Translations under genes and position numbers: made by a program
From: a virus
Lineage: Duplodnaviria; Caudoviricetes
Strand: one strand, 5' to 3'
Length of the DNA: 37,926 nucleotides
IMG/VR virus record: IMGVR_UViG_3300008120_000130
Coordinates: 1-37,926 of that record
The notes under the pieces: model-generated
What the model was told of the DNA's origin: nothing
The model's input: only the letters and a program-made list of their open reading frames with translations
Databases searched by the model: none
Shown: positions 34,433 to 37,926 of the stretch, one piece after another
Numbering within the stretch: position 1 is the stretch's first letter
How the letters are laid out: the number at the start of each line of letters is the position of its first letter

Positions 34433-37030
34433 ATGGCTGATGTAGAAAAATCAGAAACAAACAGCAAAGCGTTTGCTCTTCGTATTGCGCAGAATATTGG
34501 TTGTACTGGCGCGCATAAAAAAGACGGCAAGTGGATGCCATGTTCAACCATGGAAGAATTGCGGGAAATCTCCGCAAGTGCTGAACCAAAAAAGAAAACT
34601 GCGCTAGTAGAGGTTGAAGAAAGATTCAAAAGGCGAAGCCGAAAAGGCAAGAAGCGCCAATGGGAGAATCTTGGGCAAAGAGGGGTCGCTGGAATTGATG
34701 CGATGGAGACTGGCGGAATTGTTTCTGCCCCAATAGTTTCCGTTAAAGCAGGAATACCAGGTCTTGCGCCAAGAGACAGCGATGATGATGTCTATACCGA
34801 AATTGAATCTGCAAGAAAGCGTTCTGTTCGCTTGGGTTGCATTGGCGTAAGACGGCTTGTTTCACAAAGTGGGCGAACGGTATGGATGCCGTGCACAACC
34901 AACACTGATTACGCAAGACTTGCTGGAACCACAGCCCTTGGCAGAAGGCATCAGCGTCAAGCAGCAAACTTGGCAATTAGAAAGATTGTTAGCGAGCAAC
35001 TCAAGAACCCTCGTCGCAAAAAATCTTTGTTTGACGAAATGTACGAAGAAAAAGGATTGGGTCGCGCAATCGGTCGCGCTGTTGGCTCTGGCTCAAGGCG
35101 AGGAAAAATCCGTCGTGCTATTGAAGTCATTGACGGAATTCTTGACCCACGACTAAGGCGAGATGTTGACGGAGACGGTTTCATCTTTGATGGAACATCA
35201 AGAGAAATGCCAGACCCAACTCGCGCAATTCCAGATACTGGCGAAGGACTCACATCAATGCGCCGCTCGGACAACAGACTTTCTGATTACCGAGACAGAG
35301 GCGTAGAGGCTTACGACCCAACAAAGCCAAAGAAACCAAGCAAGCCAACAAGAGTTAATCCATCTGATATTTCTGTTGGCGGAAACTTGAAAGCAAGAGA
35401 AATCTTGCTTTCCGACAGACTGCGCAATAGAAGCCGACAGGACCAGGCAACCATGCTTGGTATTTCTGTTGATGTTATTGAGCAGATGGAAAAACCAGAC
35501 GCAACAATTGACCCATACGCAGCAGACAGACTCGCTGATGCGCTGAACCTTCACCCAACTGCAATTTGGGGCGATGATTGGCTAAAGCCAGATGTGACTG
35601 AAGAAGCCACTCCGAAAAGAACACGGAAAATGCGCGAACTTGATGACAGGGATAGACAAATCCTCAAAATGCGTGATGAAGGTAAGACGCTTGACGAAAT
35701 AGGAAAAGAATTAGGGATTACAAAAACTCGCGTAAACCAACTGCTCAAACGAGCAATTGAATCAAACTCGCGTGAATTTGATAAAGGCTCAAGGAAGCCA
35801 AATACAATTCCAACTAGAGTTGCAAAATCATCTGGAATGGTTAAGCGTGATGCTACTGGAAAAGTAATTATTGAAAAAGATGTGCGAAAAGAAGTTTTTG
35901 ACAAGACTGTTGAAAGTCTCAAAAAACTAGGAATGACAGAAGATGAAATCAACATTCTTCTTGGCGGAAAACGAGAAGCAAATGTAACTCCTGAGTCAGC
36001 AAACGCCCCATCGGTATTAATGCTTGACAACCAAATGACTGGTCTAAGAAGCGCTCGCAAGAAGAGCATTCCACCATCAGAATGGCCAGAGAGCGAAAAG
36101 AAGCATTACCTCAACTGGGCAAATGCACGACCAAGTTTCGTTGTTCCATACAGCCTTGTCGTCAAGTACAACAAAGATAAGTTTTTGTCCGATAAGGACT
36201 GGAGACTCCTAAAGCAGTTTTACGACCGCTATGGTGCAAACTCTCGTTCACGGAATGTGACCCCAATGGGTCTCCGTTCAACATCAACATACACTGGGAC
36301 ACCAAATGTTGGTGCGAAAAGAATGGGACAAATCATTCTTGGCCGCGTGCAATCCAAGTTCAAGGGCGAAAGACCAGGACAGCGTAAACATCACGCAATT
36401 ATTGGTGCTCCAGGAATGGGCAAGACGAGCCTTTACGACTTCCTTTCGCGAACAGCGATAATCCCTGGCGACTCAGAAGCGGCCCATATTGACCCAGACT
36501 TCGTGAAACAAGGAATGGAAGGGTACAACGGAGGCGCTGGTGCTGGAAACATCCACAGAGAATCGGCAATGGCGGCAATGCACATTTACAGGGATGCCGT
36601 GAAAGAACAGATGGACATTGTGACCGAGGGGACTGGCAAACGCCTTATGGACTACCTCAATCTGGCTAAAGGGTACGAAATGGTTGGGCATGCGGCATGG
36701 ATTCCTCCGTCTGGTGCAAAAGAAAGAATTCGTAAACGAAAACTGGAAGATGGGCGAGAAATAGCCGAATATATCGTTGACCATATCGCCGATGTTTCAT
36801 ATGACCTGGTCGCTCGCCACCTCCGAAACGGTGAAATGAGCAGTTTTTACCTCTGGGATACCGATGTTCCAAAAGGTGCTGCACCAAAACTGATTGCAAA
36901 GGTGGAGGGCGGCGTTTTCGTTGTCAACGATGAAGACAAATTCAAATCCTGGTCAACTGGTGGTCGCGGTGGCTCAAATGGAGACAAAAATCTGTCCTAC
37001 TTCAAGAAGAAATACGCTAAATCACAATAA
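34433..37030 (+). CDS. Modular protein: two GC.G..WMPC repeats, DGDG tag, XRE-like HTH, sigma70-region-4-like HTH, C-terminal zeta-toxin-like P-loop kinase
   Basis: GAPGMGKT, IDPD.VK, HRES, EGTG, A.ER...R...GR; LDDRDRQIL.MR.EG.TL.EIG.ELGITK.RV.Q. Confidence 0.8.
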   Translation: MADVEKSETNSKAFALRIAQNIGCTGAHKKDGKWMPCSTMEELREISASAEPKKKTALVEVEERFKRRSRKGKKRQWENLGQRGVAGIDAMETGGIVSAPIVSVKAGIPGLAPRDSDDDVYTEIESARKRSVRLGCIGVRRLVSQSGRTVWMPCTTNTDYARLAGTTALGRRHQRQAANLAIRKIVSEQLKNPRRKKSLFDEMYEEKGLGRAIGRAVGSGSRRGKIRRAIEVIDGILDPRLRRDVDGDGFIFDGTSREMPDPTRAIPDTGEGLTSMRRSDNRLSDYRDRGVEAYDPTKPKKPSKPTRVNPSDISVGGNLKAREILLSDRLRNRSRQDQATMLGISVDVIEQMEKPDATIDPYAADRLADALNLHPTAIWGDDWLKPDVTEEATPKRTRKMRELDDRDRQILKMRDEGKTLDEIGKELGITKTRVNQLLKRAIESNSREFDKGSRKPNTIPTRVAKSSGMVKRDATGKVIIEKDVRKEVFDKTVESLKKLGMTEDEINILLGGKREANVTPESANAPSVLMLDNQMTGLRSARKKSIPPSEWPESEKKHYLNWANARPSFVVPYSLVVKYNKDKFLSDKDWRLLKQFYDRYGANSRSRNVTPMGLRSTSTYTGTPNVGAKRMGQIILGRVQSKFKGERPGQRKHHAIIGAPGMGKTSLYDFLSRTAIIPGDSEAAHIDPDFVKQGMEGYNGGAGAGNIHRESAMAAMHIYRDAVKEQMDIVTEGTGKRLMDYLNLAKGYEMVGHAAWIPPSGAKERIRKRKLEDGREIAEYIVDHIADVSYDLVARHLRNGEMSSFYLWDTDVPKGAAPKLIAKVEGGVFVVNDEDKFKSWSTGGRGGSNGDKNLSYFKKKYAKSQ
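35144..35218 (+). repeat. DGDG tag copy 4 (DPRLRRDVDGDGFIFDGTSREMPDP)
   Basis: Dispersed in-frame peptide repeat. Confidence 0.95.
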
Positions 37031-37176
37031 GCCATTTACACACAGTAGTTTGTGTAATAAAGTATTAGTTCCACTGAAGCATCATGAAACTCGGTTACTC
37101 TAGATAACTAAGGGCTGGGTGCTTACCTGAGCCGTAAGTAAAAACAATCCATCCTCAATCTCTAAGGAAAAAAATC

Positions 37177-37926
37177 ATGTCAGAAGACAAGGCAAGACTC
37201 AGCGAACTGCAAAGTGCACTTCGCGCAAAGATGGCAGACAATAAGACCATCGCAGACTCGTTCAAAATTGAAGACGGCAATGTCGTTGTTTCCAGCGCAC
37301 AGAAGACCGCATTTGACAAGAACATGCAAGACATCAAGGAAATCAAGAGCCTCATCTCTGGCCTTGAGCAAATGAGCGAAGTTGACTCATGGGGCTCACA
37401 GTCAAGCGGTGAATCAGTTGCAGCAGCAGCAGCAGCAGGTTCGGCATTTTCACAAAGCCTCCGCAGCGAGACAATCGGCGAAGCATTCTTGAACTCATCA
37501 GAATTCAAGTCACTCGCAAATGGTCGCAACGGTGCAAACATGCCATCACCTTTCCAGTACGGCGGAAGCCTTGCTGGCATCAGCGGTTTTGGTGTCAAGG
37601 ATGCTTACACGGCAATGCCAAGCGGCTTCCCAACACAGTTCGGAACCGTACAGCGTGACCCAATCGTTGTTCAACCAAAGCGCACCAAGCGTGTTCGCGA
37701 CTTGTTCCCAACTCGCACCACGACTGCTGCAATCATTGAATACTTCCGCATGACTGGTTTCACCAACAACGCGGCAGCAGTTGCAGAGCGTAACGCAGGC
37801 AACACTGCATTCGCAGCGAAGCCACAATCCAGCATGTCGTTTGAGGGTGTACAGACTTCGGTCAAGACCCTTGCACACTGGGAAGCAGCACACCGCAATG
37901 TTCTCGCTGATGAGCCACAACTGCGC
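37177..37926 (+). CDS. HK97-fold major capsid protein (partial, runs off the window)
   Basis: Read by hand: ATG 37177 after AAGGA gives MSEDKARLSELQ...TIGEAFLNSSEFK...RVRDLFP...IEYFR...AAAVAE...KPQS..F......VKTLAHW....RNVLADEPQL. Confidence 0.92.
   Translation, partial: MSEDKARLSELQSALRAKMADNKTIADSFKIEDGNVVVSSAQKTAFDKNMQDIKEIKSLISGLEQMSEVDSWGSQSSGESVAAAAAAGSAFSQSLRSETIGEAFLNSSEFKSLANGRNGANMPSPFQYGGSLAGISGFGVKDAYTAMPSGFPTQFGTVQRDPIVVQPKRTKRVRDLFPTRTTTAAIIEYFRMTGFTNNAAAVAERNAGNTAFAAKPQSSMSFEGVQTSVKTLAHWEAAHRNVLADEPQLR

Noticed and set aside
15332-34594. Other A_AAA_AAG slippery heptamers (e.g. 15332, 34588)
   Set aside because: These are expected in Lys-rich coding sequence and have weak or no stimulatory structure.
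11814-35218. DGDG repeats as DNA-level elements (CRISPR repeats, att sites, IS ends, diversity-generating retroelement TR/VR)
   Set aside because: They are kilobases apart and always in frame, differences are largely synonymous and not adenine-specific, and no reverse transcriptase, integrase or transposase is in the window.
8407-37920. Numerous 60-240 aa antisense and alternate-frame ORFs in the track
   Set aside because: They shadow long coding genes, have no recognisable motifs and mirror sense-strand codon bias.
1-37926. tRNA/rRNA genes and a firm host assignment
   Set aside because: The intergenic gaps are short and show no cloverleaf. Some motifs recall actinobacterial phages, but the sequence alone does not establish the host.

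Overview
This is a ~38 kb segment of a tailed dsDNA phage (or prophage) with two divergent arms. The minus arm (1-8059) carries the terminase large subunit, a recombination set (Rad52/Sak-like annealase, PD-(D/E)XK exonuclease, HNH, RuvC-like resolvase), a ParB / PAPS-reductase-like / ParB trio and the start of a probable head-tail connector. The plus arm (8115-37926) is an HK97-type head module: portal, prohead protease and major capsid protein. About 23.5 kb of extra genes lie between protease and capsid, including five very large modular proteins. These proteins and the protease share a peptide grammar. It consists of a K-[SGA]-L-GR..IG motif, one of two conserved tags (DP..RRD.DGDG.IFDGT.REMP.P in 4 proteins, CP.G......FTD...SNC in 2), and at least 16 G-L-x-S motifs at apparent domain boundaries. 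The modules look like ADP-ribosyltransferase, HExxH metallopeptidase, HipA/PI-kinase-like, zeta-toxin and HTH domains, and three of the large genes are followed by a small partner gene. My main hypothesis is a capsid-packaged, proteolytically processed effector-polyprotein system. All family assignments come from motif recognition by eye; no searches were run.
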